A stretch of 32,000 nucleotides of DNA, taken from assembly GCA_029881255.1 (NCBI GenBank), contig JAOUMY010000004.1, forward strand, positions 53,313 to 85,312. The letters run 5' to 3'. The stretch is from Gammaproteobacteria bacterium (GTDB taxonomy: Bacteria; Pseudomonadota; Gammaproteobacteria; S012-40). The notes below the pieces were generated by a model that had not been told where the DNA came from, did no database searches, and saw nothing but the letters and a program-made list of their open reading frames with translations. Below, piece by piece: positions 1 through 9,697 of the stretch (position 1 is the stretch's first letter; each line of letters opens with the position of its first letter). Position numbers and translations under genes: made by a program.

Positions 1-2710
1 AAGTTTCCCAGCTATCCAGAAGAATGTCATAGCGGTGAACTGAGCGAACAAAATCTTGAGAGTTCTCGGAATTTATCTGACCGCCGATATAGTAGAGAGA
101 GTCGTCCTGGGCAAGTAAGGCGGCGTAGCGCCGGTTTTGCAAAACTTCCGCGCCTTTTTGCCATGAATCGGTCTCCGGGTCGAGGACCAGGATGTTATGC
201 GTATGGGTGGCATCTGAACTCGTAGGGATATCGGAATCGTCTATCGTCTCGGTTTGCGTATCCACAATTGTTTGTCGGTCGCCGCCAACCACGTAAATCT
301 TTCCATCCAATGCCGTAGCACTGGCACCGTAGAGCGTGTATGGCAACGAGGGCCCTTTACGCCATGAGTTGCTCGTCGTTTCAAATATATCGACATCGGT
401 TAACACGGTATCTTTCCTGGTAACTCCACCAATCACGTAAATGTCAGTGCCGAGTACTGCGCTAGCGCTCGCATATCTAACGAAGGGTAGCGAGACGTGA
501 GTGCGCCACTGGTCGGCTGGAATACTGTACGACTGAACCGCATTGGTAATTTCACGTGTGTCCGCCGTTATGCCCCCAATTAAATAGACGGACTCACCGA
601 CTTGCGCGTTTGTCGAAAGTAAGTGTATCGCAGCGGGGTTCTTTCGCGGATACCAGAGATTTTCTTTAAACGAAAAGTTGGCGCTCTGTTTGACAGGGAT
701 ATCGCCAATCAACCCACCAAGAATAAACAGGTGACCATTCAATAAATAGCTATGGTAATGCTCTCGCTGATCGATCATTTGCGCGACATTCACCCAGGAA
801 CTGTTTTCGCTTACACCGGATAGGCTAAAATTCTCCATCACTTCGAAGTTATTGAGCAATTTTTGTTCAACGTCATAACCATTTATCCGGTACAAATTAT
901 TGTCCGCGTAAATAATTTGCGCATGTTCCATGGGCTTGGACAGTGGTGAAACTTCGCTACCGGATGTCCAACTGTTATTGCTTAAGTCGTAGACAGCGAT
1001 ATTATCGGTTATACCATCCGGGGTACGGCCGCCAGCAATAATTATTTTGTTCCCGGTCTGCGTGAGAGCGAAACGACTTCTTGCAATGCTTAAACTTGGA
1101 CCCTGCCCACCGACTAGTTCGATTTGTCCGGGCGATACAAGAAAGACAGATACGGAATCTAGCGGGTTGCCATCGATATCTTCGCCACCAAAATAGAAAA
1201 TATATTTTCCATCACTACTGGTAACACATCCACCATAGGCGCGAGGCGTGTCGATGACGGCAGACGAATTCGGTGGCTCCAACTGCTCTTGTTTGAGGTT
1301 TAGAATGTCAATGTTTGTTTGTATCTTCGATATATAGCTGGAGATTCCGCCAAGCACATAGGCATAGTCGCCTGAGACGCAAACGCTATGTCCATGTCGA
1401 TAACTGTTGGCAGACCGGGTGCCATCGAAGCGATTGTTGTCGAAATTATAGGTAGCCATTTCTATCGACGTTTTGCCGTCGGGTGTCTGTCCACCGTGAA
1501 CGTAAATCGTATTTTTGTATCTGAAGGTTGCTGCATCCTTCAGGCCGTGTTCAAACGCTAGGTTAAACAGACGCGTGTTTTCCGGGAAATACACGGCGAG
1601 TTCATCACCCAATGGCAAGGGAGAATCATAAATGGCTTGAAGACGGTAGTAATAGGTAGTTCCCGGCGTCAGTTGTTGGTGTTGATAGCTTACAATTTTG
1701 TTTAGGGAAATTCTGGCACTTTGATCGGTGACTCCGGGTTGCTTGCTCCAGAACAAATTGTAGCCGCTCGCATCCATGTCTTCCCAGAATAGTGCAATAC
1801 CATCGCTGTCCACTTGTTTTACATTAATGCCAGCAATGATGCTTACTCCAATCTCGCGCTCGATATTTTTGAATAAGGCGCGGATCGTTACGGTGCCAGG
1901 GCGTTTGGCTGTGACTATTCCCGTCGTGCCTTCGACGGTGGCTGTATTTGCATCAACGCTTGACCACTTGAGGCGGCGATTGACTTCACCATGATTGCCA
2001 TCGCTAAAAACGCCGTCACTGATCAGTTTGATGCGCTTGCCGGTAACAACAACCTTACCCGGTGGCGTGATCTCGAAGTCGACGAGTTCAGGTAGTATGT
2101 TTATCGCGACTTCCCCTGTAAGTTGTCCAAATTTTACGTATATGGTGACGTCACCGTATCCCGTCGCTTCAAGAATTCCCCCCTCATTTATGACGGCGAT
2201 GTTCTCATTGCTGGTAGACCACTCAAGTCCTTCTTCGATGCGTCGAAATCGGCCTTCTCCCAAATTGCCGAGTGCATCTACGCGTATGGTATCTCCTTGA
2301 GTAATTTTTGAAATGCCGACAGAAGGGAAAACAGCGGTGATTTCGGGGAGAGGTTTTATCAATAGCGGGAGTTCTTGTTCCATTTTTTCAAAGTAGACTC
2401 TGATGACAACTTCGCCAGGTTCGTGAGTCGTAAGTTCCCCGTTACGCGTGATGCGCGCGATTTTCTCGTCACTACTAACCCAGTTAACTTTGTCGCTGAT
2501 ATCTTTTTCGATTTTTTCATCATAAATACCATAGGCGTATAGCCGGTCTGAGTTGCCTATCGTATAGGTGAGTTCAGAAGAATAAATTCGTATACCGGTG
2601 AGTTTAGGTTGAGCGCCGAAGGGATTTGCCTGATTACCCCCGCCACAACTCGTTAGCACGAGTAGACATGCACAGAGGATCAATGTTGAAATTTTGCGGG
2701 CAGGGGCCAT
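1..2710 (-). CDS. Large lipoprotein with Big_2-type Ig-like domains, an FN3-like domain and Kelch-type beta-propeller repeats (C-terminus runs off the window start)
   Basis: Absent from the ORF track because it is open-ended. My minus-strand translation from the ATG at 2710..2708 gives MAPARKISTLILCACLLVLTSCGGG (signal peptide plus lipobox LTSC). Three Big_2-like repeats follow: VNWVSSDEKIARITRNGELTTHEPGEVVI, LEWSTSNENIAVINEGGILEATGYGDVTI and LKWSSVDANTATVEGTTGIVTAKRPGTVTI. Next is an FN3-like segment (GIALFWEDMDASGYNLFWSK...LTPGTTYYYRLQAIY). Recurrent Kelch-like strands follow (IYVHGG, AYVLGG, IFYFGG, IIIAGG, LFILGG, VYLIGG, IYVIGG, IYVVGG, LYYIGG). I saw no in-frame stop down to position 1. 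Confidence 0.8.
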   Translation of the reverse strand, partial: MAPARKISTLILCACLLVLTSCGGGNQANPFGAQPKLTGIRIYSSELTYTIGNSDRLYAYGIYDEKIEKDISDKVNWVSSDEKIARITRNGELTTHEPGEVVIRVYFEKMEQELPLLIKPLPEITAVFPSVGISKITQGDTIRVDALGNLGEGRFRRIEEGLEWSTSNENIAVINEGGILEATGYGDVTIYVKFGQLTGEVAINILPELVDFEITPPGKVVVTGKRIKLISDGVFSDGNHGEVNRRLKWSSVDANTATVEGTTGIVTAKRPGTVTIRALFKNIEREIGVSIIAGINVKQVDSDGIALFWEDMDASGYNLFWSKQPGVTDQSARISLNKIVSYQHQQLTPGTTYYYRLQAIYDSPLPLGDELAVYFPENTRLFNLAFEHGLKDAATFRYKNTIYVHGGQTPDGKTSIEMATYNFDNNRFDGTRSANSYRHGHSVCVSGDYAYVLGGISSYISKIQTNIDILNLKQEQLEPPNSSAVIDTPRAYGGCVTSSDGKYIFYFGGEDIDGNPLDSVSVFLVSPGQIELVGGQGPSLSIARSRFALTQTGNKIIIAGGRTPDGITDNIAVYDLSNNSWTSGSEVSPLSKPMEHAQIIYADNNLYRINGYDVEQKLLNNFEVMENFSLSGVSENSSWVNVAQMIDQREHYHSYLLNGHLFILGGLIGDIPVKQSANFSFKENLWYPRKNPAAIHLLSTNAQVGESVYLIGGITADTREITNAVQSYSIPADQWRTHVSLPFVRYASASAVLGTDIYVIGGVTRKDTVLTDVDIFETTSNSWRKGPSLPYTLYGASATALDGKIYVVGGDRQTIVDTQTETIDDSDIPTSSDATHTHNILVLDPETDSWQKGAEVLQNRRYAALLAQDDSLYYIGGQINSENSQDFVRSVHRYDILLDSWET

Positions 2711-3012
2711 GGCCTTATATTTTTCCCTCGGGTATTGGCGTTATTCTAATGGCTTTCTTGAGGTGATGCATCGCCGTTAACGAACTGGTTATGCTAGTCA
2801 TGGGGGCTGAAGCATGAATTAATTCGCTTGTTTGTATATCTTGTTGTATTTAAAGAGTAAATATGATTGGATTCTTCTGAGTGCCTGGCCAGTGCTTACA
2901 TAAGCTCATCTGGCGCGGGAATTCGATTGACGACTAGTGGTCTTAGACATTCTTAAGGCAAGGTAGTGGTGTAACAAAATCCAGGGTTTGATTTCTAAAG
3001 TAGTGGTGGTAT

Positions 3013-3519
3013 GTGAAGAAAGGATCATCCATGAACAGACAATTGGCGACGGTATTCGTTTTGATGTTTGCCCTATTGCCCGCGACAGGGCAGGCATTTC
3101 AATTTTTGAAAGACTTCCAGGGAAATATCAAAAGCCTGACGGATTATACCGGCAAAGGTAAGTGGACGGTGGTAATGATGTGGGCGCATGACTGTCATGT
3201 GTGCAATCAGGAGGCCCATCAGTATGTGAAATTTCACACGGCGCATAAAGACAGGGACGCAATCGTGCTGGGAATCTCTATGGATGGATTGGAAAAAAAG
3301 AAGGAAGCGGAGAGTTTTGTTCAGCGCCACAAACTGAATTTTGACAATCTCTATGGCGAGCCCGAAGCATTGGCTGAGGCGTTCGAAAACTTGACCGGGG
3401 TTTCCTGGTTTGGTACGCCGACGTTTCTATTCTTTAATCCCAAAGGGGAGATTATGGCGCAACAGGTCGGCGCAGTACCCCCTAAATTGATCGAACAGTT
3501 TATGGTCAATAATCCCTAG
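3013..3519 (+). CDS. Periplasmic TlpA/redoxin-family thiol-disulfide oxidoreductase (thioredoxin fold)
   Basis: N-terminal signal peptide (MNRQLATVFVLMFALLPATGQA/FQ). CxxC active site in thioredoxin-like context (VVMMWAHDCHVCNQE). Downstream GTPTFLFFNPKGE is typical of the cis-Pro loop region. The start may be the internal ATG at 3031. Confidence 0.8.
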   Translation: MKKGSSMNRQLATVFVLMFALLPATGQAFQFLKDFQGNIKSLTDYTGKGKWTVVMMWAHDCHVCNQEAHQYVKFHTAHKDRDAIVLGISMDGLEKKKEAESFVQRHKLNFDNLYGEPEALAEAFENLTGVSWFGTPTFLFFNPKGEIMAQQVGAVPPKLIEQFMVNNP

Positions 3520-4484
3520 CGCACGCAATTACGAGGGGTGCCATTTGCGAAGGCGTTAATGTTGCGGGTGATCTCGTTTAACAATTCCTGTCTTGCCCGT
3601 TGACCGGCCCAGGCGACGTGAGGTGTCAGGATGAGATTGGGGATATCGTTTGCCAGCAAAGGATTGCTGGCAATCGGCGGTTCCTTGCTCAAGACATCGA
3701 TTCCAGCACCGGCAATTTGACCTGCACGCAGCGCCGATGCTAAAGCACTCTCGTCTACTATCCCCCCACGGGCGGTATTAATCAGAAAGGCGCTTTTTTT
3801 CATTAATGTCAGTTCGCGAGTCGAAATCAGGTTTTGCGTGAATTCACTAAGCGGGCAATGCAGAGTGACAATGTCTGCAATGCGCAACAAATCATCCAGT
3901 GGGACTCGATCGCCGGATGATGATGGTTGGATATTCGTGGTCTGTAGCGATTGAGCGACCAGAACCTTCATGCCGAAGGCGCCGGCCATTTGCGCAACGC
4001 CTCGTCCCAGCTCCCCATAACCGACTATTCCCAGCGTCAGCGCATTCAACTCGACCATAGGATAATCGAGTACACAAAAATAAGGACTGCGCTGCCACTG
4101 ACCATCGTGCGCGGCCCGGTGATGTTGAAAAAGATTGCGTGTTAACGCCAGCATCAAACCGAATACGTGTTCGACTACCGATGCCGTCGCGTATCCGCGT
4201 GCATTGGCGACGGTTATTCCCAGACGAGTAGCCGCGTTTATGTCGATATTGTTATAGCCGGTTGCAGCGACACAAATGAGTTTCAAATTCTTTGCGGCCT
4301 GCATGTGGATTTCGTTGATGACGACTTTGTTACTGATGATGACATCGGCATCCGCGATACGCGGCACTAGCTCGTCGGGAGTTGTTGTCGCATGTAGTAC
4401 GCATTTCGTGAGTGATTTTTCTAAGTCTGACAAGTCGAGATCCTGCGGATGCATGCTGTCCAGATCTAAAAACACACCTTTCAT
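3516..4484 (-). CDS. D-isomer-specific 2-hydroxyacid dehydrogenase (glycerate dehydrogenase / hydroxypyruvate reductase-like), NAD-binding
   Basis: 322 aa. Rossmann motif GIVGYGELGRGVAQMAGAFGMKV. The catalytic-domain pattern INTARGGIVDE...LDV...EP...LTPHVAW is characteristic of the family. Its start overlaps the stop of the upstream minus-strand gene by 4 nt. Confidence 0.9.
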   Translation of the reverse strand: MKGVFLDLDSMHPQDLDLSDLEKSLTKCVLHATTTPDELVPRIADADVIISNKVVINEIHMQAAKNLKLICVAATGYNNIDINAATRLGITVANARGYATASVVEHVFGLMLALTRNLFQHHRAAHDGQWQRSPYFCVLDYPMVELNALTLGIVGYGELGRGVAQMAGAFGMKVLVAQSLQTTNIQPSSSGDRVPLDDLLRIADIVTLHCPLSEFTQNLISTRELTLMKKSAFLINTARGGIVDESALASALRAGQIAGAGIDVLSKEPPIASNPLLANDIPNLILTPHVAWAGQRARQELLNEITRNINAFANGTPRNCVR

Positions 4485-5482
4485 TTTGTTGTTCCTGCGC
4501 TGGGTCTATTGGCGAGATCATGGAGATACTGCAATATGGCGTCTTTGGACTTAAGCAGACCCTTGTATTTTAAAACTTCGTCACTCATCGACTCGATAGC
4601 ATTAATCAAATTGCCGATTTCCTCCGACGTAAGCATTTTCACGTTTTCAATATAGGTCCGTATCATGAACAGATAGGCTTCAACTTTCGGGATTCCTACG
4701 AGGCACTGACGCTCGATGCGTACATACAATTCCGGTTTCTCCGGATTGAACTGACGACCTTTCCACGATACAGGATCGGTTCCTTCCGGCGGCTGTGGGT
4801 GGTGATTGAGTCGCCCATCTGTCGCGATTCCCCAGGCGAAGCGCACAAAGGGACCTTTCTGCAGGAATTGGCGTGACAATGTGTCGATACCGCGGTTGAT
4901 TTTTTCCATGTGAGGTACGGGAATATGGGCGCCGGCAAAACATTTTCCGACTTTTTCCTCTGCGGACCAGTGATTGGGAAAACATAAGTGCAAAGCGGCA
5001 ACCACGTCATGTTTGCCGTCGAGTTGCACCAGGGATACGTCTTCCTGCAAATGCGTGCAAATATAGTCGAATAGATCTGCATAGGGACGTAATGCGCCTG
5101 GGCTGCCGTCTATCGTTTCGATCAGCGTATAGTCTTCGCTGAAACGCGCGCGTGACTGATCGAGATCGCATTCCAGCGTAAACGTGCCATCTTTTTCACG
5201 ATAGGTTTTATACAGATCTGGGTATTCGGTATTCAGCTGGTTCAGTAATAGCGTGATGACTGCCCTGCGCGTGTCATCGCGAAAATCGCGGTAGAGATAG
5301 TACTTTTCCAGTGACTCCTCTCTTGATCGCTGTTTGGTCTGAAAATATTCAGACCAACGTTCGTCTATCTGAAAGACATGGTGATCCTGGGGATTGCCAA
5401 AATTTTTGTCCAGCGCAGATAAACCGGCCTTGATCTCAAAGCGACCACTGTTATAGGGACAATAGTGAGCAGGTTTAAACAT
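4481..5482 (-). CDS. DUF3445-like protein (family of the heme-dependent oxidative N-demethylase alpha subunit)
   Basis: 333-aa ORF, co-oriented and overlapping with the dehydrogenase gene. The segment LHLCFPNHWSAEEKVGKCFAGAHIPVPHM matches my recollection of the conserved DUF3445 core (hW-p-eK-G ... H-PVP). The family assignment is from memory and needs HMM confirmation. Confidence 0.55.
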   Translation of the reverse strand: MFKPAHYCPYNSGRFEIKAGLSALDKNFGNPQDHHVFQIDERWSEYFQTKQRSREESLEKYYLYRDFRDDTRRAVITLLLNQLNTEYPDLYKTYREKDGTFTLECDLDQSRARFSEDYTLIETIDGSPGALRPYADLFDYICTHLQEDVSLVQLDGKHDVVAALHLCFPNHWSAEEKVGKCFAGAHIPVPHMEKINRGIDTLSRQFLQKGPFVRFAWGIATDGRLNHHPQPPEGTDPVSWKGRQFNPEKPELYVRIERQCLVGIPKVEAYLFMIRTYIENVKMLTSEEIGNLINAIESMSDEVLKYKGLLKSKDAILQYLHDLANRPSAGTTK

Positions 5483-5546
5483 GTGGGGGTTCCAATTCGC
5501 GTAGGTGAGAGCGTTTTGTCTTGAGACTATCGTATGAAGCTATGCG

Positions 5547-6572
5547 ATGGCTATAATAAATGCGCTTAGTCTGGTCGACATAATTCATATCGACCGAAAT
5601 CTCTGCCTGGGCTGTCTCTATTTGTGGGCAGCGGTTCAAACAAAAACGGTGAATACTCTGTATCTGCAACTCGCTATGTTTCTCTTGCTGTTTGTCACCG
5701 GGCTTATTCTACGCCAGACCCGGCTTGCGGACAAAGGAATTGCCGCGTCATTACTCAATATTGTCGTCAATTTCGGCTTGCCATTGCTCATATTGGGATC
5801 GGTCACGCAAGTCAAACTGGCCGGATATTACTCCTGGTTTCCATTCATCGCGGCAACGGTGATGTTATCGCTGGGAGCCGTGGCCTATTTTTTTACCAGA
5901 CACAGCACGGTGCTTGAGCAAAAAAGTCGTGGTGTTGTGATTGTCGGCGTGATGATAATGAATCTATCTACGCTTTATCCATTCTTGTCCTGGGCATGGG
6001 GAGACGAAGCCGTAGCGCGTCTTGCATTGGTGGATTTCGGGAATGGTGTGATCGCCTTTAGCGTGGTGGTAATGATAGCCTCATGGCATGGCCGGGGGCA
6101 GGGCAGTGTTGCATCCTCATTGATACTGATGTTGCGGTTCCTGCCGTTCTGGGCATTGTGGCTGGGTTTACTGATTAACGGGTTTGACTGGTATTTTCCG
6201 GAATCGCTGTCGCGTTTCTGTCTTGAATTAGGTAAGTGGATTGTGGTGCTGGTCTTTCTCGCGCTGGGGCTTCATGTCAATATACGCATGGGATTACATC
6301 CCTGGATCTGGCGGACAATTGCTGTGCGTGTTATTGGTGGTCTTTTGTTATCCTCACTGTTGGCGTTTTTGTTACCCTTGGACCCGCTTTCTCGCGCCGT
6401 GGTAATCGTTGCGGGCGCGGCGCCGATTGGTTTCAATACGCTGGTATTCGCCATACGCGAAGATCTGGATCAGGATCTCGCGGCGACTATGGCGTCCTTG
6501 TCCGTGTTGGCCGGTATGATTTACATACCACTACTGATAGTCTTATTGGAACGTTGGCTTTTAGCCGCATAG
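5547..6572 (+). CDS. AEC (auxin efflux carrier) family permease
   Basis: Polytopic membrane protein with many hydrophobic helices. The N-terminal pattern MFLLLFVTGLILRQTRLADKGIAASLLNIVVNFGLPLLILGS and the C-terminal AAPIGFNTLVFA are typical of Mem_trans/AEC transporters. The start is uncertain: the ATG at 5676 (MFLLLFVTG) is an alternative to 5547. Confidence 0.7.
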   Translation: MAIINALSLVDIIHIDRNLCLGCLYLWAAVQTKTVNTLYLQLAMFLLLFVTGLILRQTRLADKGIAASLLNIVVNFGLPLLILGSVTQVKLAGYYSWFPFIAATVMLSLGAVAYFFTRHSTVLEQKSRGVVIVGVMIMNLSTLYPFLSWAWGDEAVARLALVDFGNGVIAFSVVVMIASWHGRGQGSVASSLILMLRFLPFWALWLGLLINGFDWYFPESLSRFCLELGKWIVVLVFLALGLHVNIRMGLHPWIWRTIAVRVIGGLLLSSLLAFLLPLDPLSRAVVIVAGAAPIGFNTLVFAIREDLDQDLAATMASLSVLAGMIYIPLLIVLLERWLLAA

Positions 6573-6578
6573 GGAATT

Positions 6579-7628
6579 ATGCAATTCGATCTTTTCTACG
6601 AGCTGGCTGTGCCAGGCCATCTTGAGCGCAGTGAAAGCGAAACCTATCGCGAAGCGCTTTCGGAAATCGCCTATGCGGATGAATTGGGTTTTGGCTGTGC
6701 CTGGGTGGTGGAACACCATTTCATGCGAGAATATTCGCACCTGTCCAAACCTGAGATTTTCCTGGGCGCATTGTCGCAGCTCACGCGCAAAATACGACTC
6801 GGTCACGCAATTATTCCTCTTCCCTTGCATCACCCGGTGCATATCGCCGAACGCATTGCGACGCTGGATATATTGTCGCAAGGGCGTATAGAGGTTGGTA
6901 TCGGGCGCGGTTTCTCCCCACTGGAGTTTTCGGTGTTTGGTGCCGATATGTCTCAAAGCCGTCAACAAGTGGAATTTTCGCTACAAACGATACGCAATAG
7001 TTTTGAAGGACAGCCGCTTAGCTTTCTGGATAAACAGGGGACTGCGAAAACGTGTGACATCGTACCGCATACCGTTCAGCCAGAAGGTCCGCCGTTATGG
7101 ACCGCGGCGGTTAGCCCCGAAAGTTTTGAGTGGGCCGCACTACAACGATTGGGCGTGCTCGCCGGACCATTCAAACCCTGGTTTATGGTGAAACAGGATA
7201 TCGCGCGATTTCGCGAGTTGTGGAGTGACGAAACGCCGCCAAAAACTGGGATGACAGTTGGAATAGTTTGTCTTGAAGATGGCGATTTGGCGCGAAAATG
7301 GGCGGAAACTTCGCTCACCTGGTTTTATAAAGAGCTGTATCGCACAACGTTGCCAGTATTGGAGAGTTTGTATCCGGGATACGAACACTTTCATGGTCTG
7401 GGTAGATTTCGCAAATTGATCAAAATGGGCATTAATTTGCGGATGCTTGAAACCTTTGGCATGGCCGTGGTGGGTACACCGGAGCAATGTATAAAACGTT
7501 TACGCAAGTATCAACGCGCAGGCGTAAGTCATTTGTTATGCGCGATTGGGGCTGGTGCCATGCCTACGGAGTTAGTAAAAGAGAGTATGAAGTGTATTAG
7601 CGAAAAGGTTATGCCTGCGTTTAGATAA
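6579..7628 (+). CDS. LLM-class (luciferase-like) flavin-dependent oxidoreductase
   Basis: 349 aa. The N-terminus MQFDLFYELAVP...YADELGFGCAWVVEHHF and RIEVGIGRG are typical of bacterial luciferase-like monooxygenases. It is followed 1 nt later by the next gene. Confidence 0.85.
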   Translation: MQFDLFYELAVPGHLERSESETYREALSEIAYADELGFGCAWVVEHHFMREYSHLSKPEIFLGALSQLTRKIRLGHAIIPLPLHHPVHIAERIATLDILSQGRIEVGIGRGFSPLEFSVFGADMSQSRQQVEFSLQTIRNSFEGQPLSFLDKQGTAKTCDIVPHTVQPEGPPLWTAAVSPESFEWAALQRLGVLAGPFKPWFMVKQDIARFRELWSDETPPKTGMTVGIVCLEDGDLARKWAETSLTWFYKELYRTTLPVLESLYPGYEHFHGLGRFRKLIKMGINLRMLETFGMAVVGTPEQCIKRLRKYQRAGVSHLLCAIGAGAMPTELVKESMKCISEKVMPAFR

Positions 7629-7629
7629 G

Positions 7630-8517
7630 ATGAAAGTTTTTATTACGGGCAGTAGCTCACATCTCGCACAGGCCTTGTTGCCGCGCTTGTGCAATGACAA
7701 AGATATCGAGCGGGTATCCGGTCTGGACATCCGACCTTCACGTTTTCACCATCCAAAATTCTTTCCGGTCATCGAAGATATTCGTAGCCGCCGGCTGCAG
7801 GCGAGACTACTTGGTCACGATGCGCTTATTCATATGGCCTATGTTGTACTGCGAGGAAGAATGTCCGAACAGACCATGCGCTCAGTCAATGTTGATGGCA
7901 CTTTACAGTTGTTTTCAACGGCACGGGAAGTCGGTATATCGCGGTTAATCAACCTTTCCAGTGCGGCAGTCTACGGAAGCGGTACCATGCTGAAAGAAGA
8001 GGCCGTGTTCAACCCGCTTCCCGATTTTCTGTATGCAGCACACAAGGTAGACGTTGAACGGCGATTGAAAAAAATTGCGCCACATATTATTCAACTGCGT
8101 CCGCATATCATTCTCGGCCCCTGTGCCCAACCCTTACTAAAACAGCTGTTACGATTACCTTTTTACATAAAACTGGCTGATCCACAGCCCCGGTTGCAGG
8201 CGGTACATGAATCCGATGTTGCTAATGCCATTATGCTTGCCTTGCGGACGACAGGGCAGGGCGCTTTTAATCTTGCACCGGATGATAGCTTGAGCTTTTA
8301 CGACATGATGTATTTACGCCGTAACTTCAATATTGGCATAACGCCAGAGTTGGCGTCCACACTGGTAAATCTGGCATGGAGGCTTACGGGATGGGGCGGC
8401 GAGACTGCCTGGGTGCAGGGCGCAAACAACAGTCTGACCTGTGATAATGGGCGTGCAAAAACTGTATTGGGTTGGCAGCCTATCTATACGACAGAGCAAG
8501 TCATTAAAAGCTGTTGA
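7630..8517 (+). CDS. NAD-dependent epimerase/dehydratase-family (extended SDR) protein
   Basis: 295 aa. N-terminal Rossmann motif MKVFITGSSSHLAQAL. SSAAVYG is followed by a YxxxK-type catalytic motif (YAAHK), as in extended SDRs. Confidence 0.8.
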   Translation: MKVFITGSSSHLAQALLPRLCNDKDIERVSGLDIRPSRFHHPKFFPVIEDIRSRRLQARLLGHDALIHMAYVVLRGRMSEQTMRSVNVDGTLQLFSTAREVGISRLINLSSAAVYGSGTMLKEEAVFNPLPDFLYAAHKVDVERRLKKIAPHIIQLRPHIILGPCAQPLLKQLLRLPFYIKLADPQPRLQAVHESDVANAIMLALRTTGQGAFNLAPDDSLSFYDMMYLRRNFNIGITPELASTLVNLAWRLTGWGGETAWVQGANNSLTCDNGRAKTVLGWQPIYTTEQVIKSC

Positions 8518-9379
8518 GATCCAGGCGAATATCGTAGCGTTGAAGCTGGCGCATAGTTGGCAATACGCATTTTTCAACGAGGTGTACTCGTTTGGGATTG
8601 CAACGCGCACGCTGTCGCCACAACCGTCCATTTGACAATCCTGCGTATTCATAAATCTTTTCATGCGGCAGATAGAACGCAGTCACAAATTCATTGAAGA
8701 TTCGATTGATCAGGGCTTGGGAGATATAACGTGAAAAACGTGAGGTGCGCGCCATGGCGCGATCTAATTGTTCGCGTGCAAACGCAATATGCCGAGCTTC
8801 ATCCTTGATATGTCGTGTACACATTTGTTGAATCACCGGATTGACTGAGGAAGAAGACTCTTTGCGTATAAACCGGTTCATTTTGTCAGGTACTTCTTCA
8901 CCGATAGTAACGACTAGCCAAAATAATGCGCTGTTAAACGGCAGATGAAGTCCGACGAAATTTGCTAAACCTGGCCACTGATTTTCTATACTGGGTATGG
9001 CAAGTTTTGCCCGATGCATGAGTTCGAGAAACATCAGGCTATGTCCCGCTTCTTCGCGTATCTCATGCAAGATATAGCGGTGTTCTGCAAGCGTTCTATT
9101 TTCTTTGCGCGTGGCCTCAATAAGACGTTTGAGAAAGATTTGCTCCAGCCATACCCCTGCCTGAATGATGCTGATAAATTCGTATTGACTGAGACGTTTT
9201 CTTTGAAATTCAGGCAAAGACTCAAATTCTGCCAATCCTGATAGCGAAATTGCGTCCGCTGGTAGCCAATAGTCATGGATTGAAAGCGCATCCCATTCAA
9301 TGGTCGTGAGAGGATCGGCATATCGGCTGCTGTTATGGGACAGATGCTCGGCTAAGGCACGACGGTTGGCTACGGGCAA
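8504..9379 (-). CDS. AurF-like di-iron oxygenase (p-aminobenzoate N-oxygenase family fold)
   Basis: 291 aa. Two ExxH iron-ligand motifs sit in helical context (HEIREEAGHSLMF and HIKDEARHIAFAREQ), with additional conserved Glu residues. TTG start with a GGAG Shine-Dalgarno 6 nt upstream. The 3' end overlaps the convergent SDR gene by 14 nt. Confidence 0.65.
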   Translation of the reverse strand: MPVANRRALAEHLSHNSSRYADPLTTIEWDALSIHDYWLPADAISLSGLAEFESLPEFQRKRLSQYEFISIIQAGVWLEQIFLKRLIEATRKENRTLAEHRYILHEIREEAGHSLMFLELMHRAKLAIPSIENQWPGLANFVGLHLPFNSALFWLVVTIGEEVPDKMNRFIRKESSSSVNPVIQQMCTRHIKDEARHIAFAREQLDRAMARTSRFSRYISQALINRIFNEFVTAFYLPHEKIYEYAGLSNGRLWRQRARCNPKRVHLVEKCVLPTMRQLQRYDIRLDLNSF

Positions 9380-9697
9380 ACGAATACTCCTGTTTTACAA
9401 GGGAGAAAATGCTTAGATAATCCGCAATATAGCACTATCTTTCGCGATTCTGAAACCGCGGTATTGGCCAGTTCAGCTCACCTATAGTGCGCCGCGGCAC
9501 TTGTCAGCCGCTGAAAATATTTCCACCCCACGATGTCGCGTGTTGCGTAGCAAGTCGATACTAACTTTGTATATCGGTACGGCGTGTCTCTGACTCTTGC
9601 GCTGACTCAATATAAAGCCAAGTCTTTGCGTTTGAAATTTAAGAAAAAATCATGTCCTGTCGAAATAGCGTATATGGCTAAATAGATAAGGGAAAAT

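Noticed and set aside
3516-3519. A palindromic CTAG shared as the stop codon by two convergent genes; similarly a 14-nt convergent overlap at 8504-8517
   Set aside because: It is real but trivial genome compaction with no evident regulatory meaning, beyond leaving no room for terminators.
9495-9510. A GGCAC...GC sigma-54-like element upstream of the Sel1/SPOR-mot operon
   Set aside because: The GG to GC spacing is one nucleotide short of the required distance, and the -12 region reads CAGC rather than TTGC. This is not a credible RpoN promoter. I also found no convincing sigma-28 (TAAAG-N15-GCCGATAA) site there.
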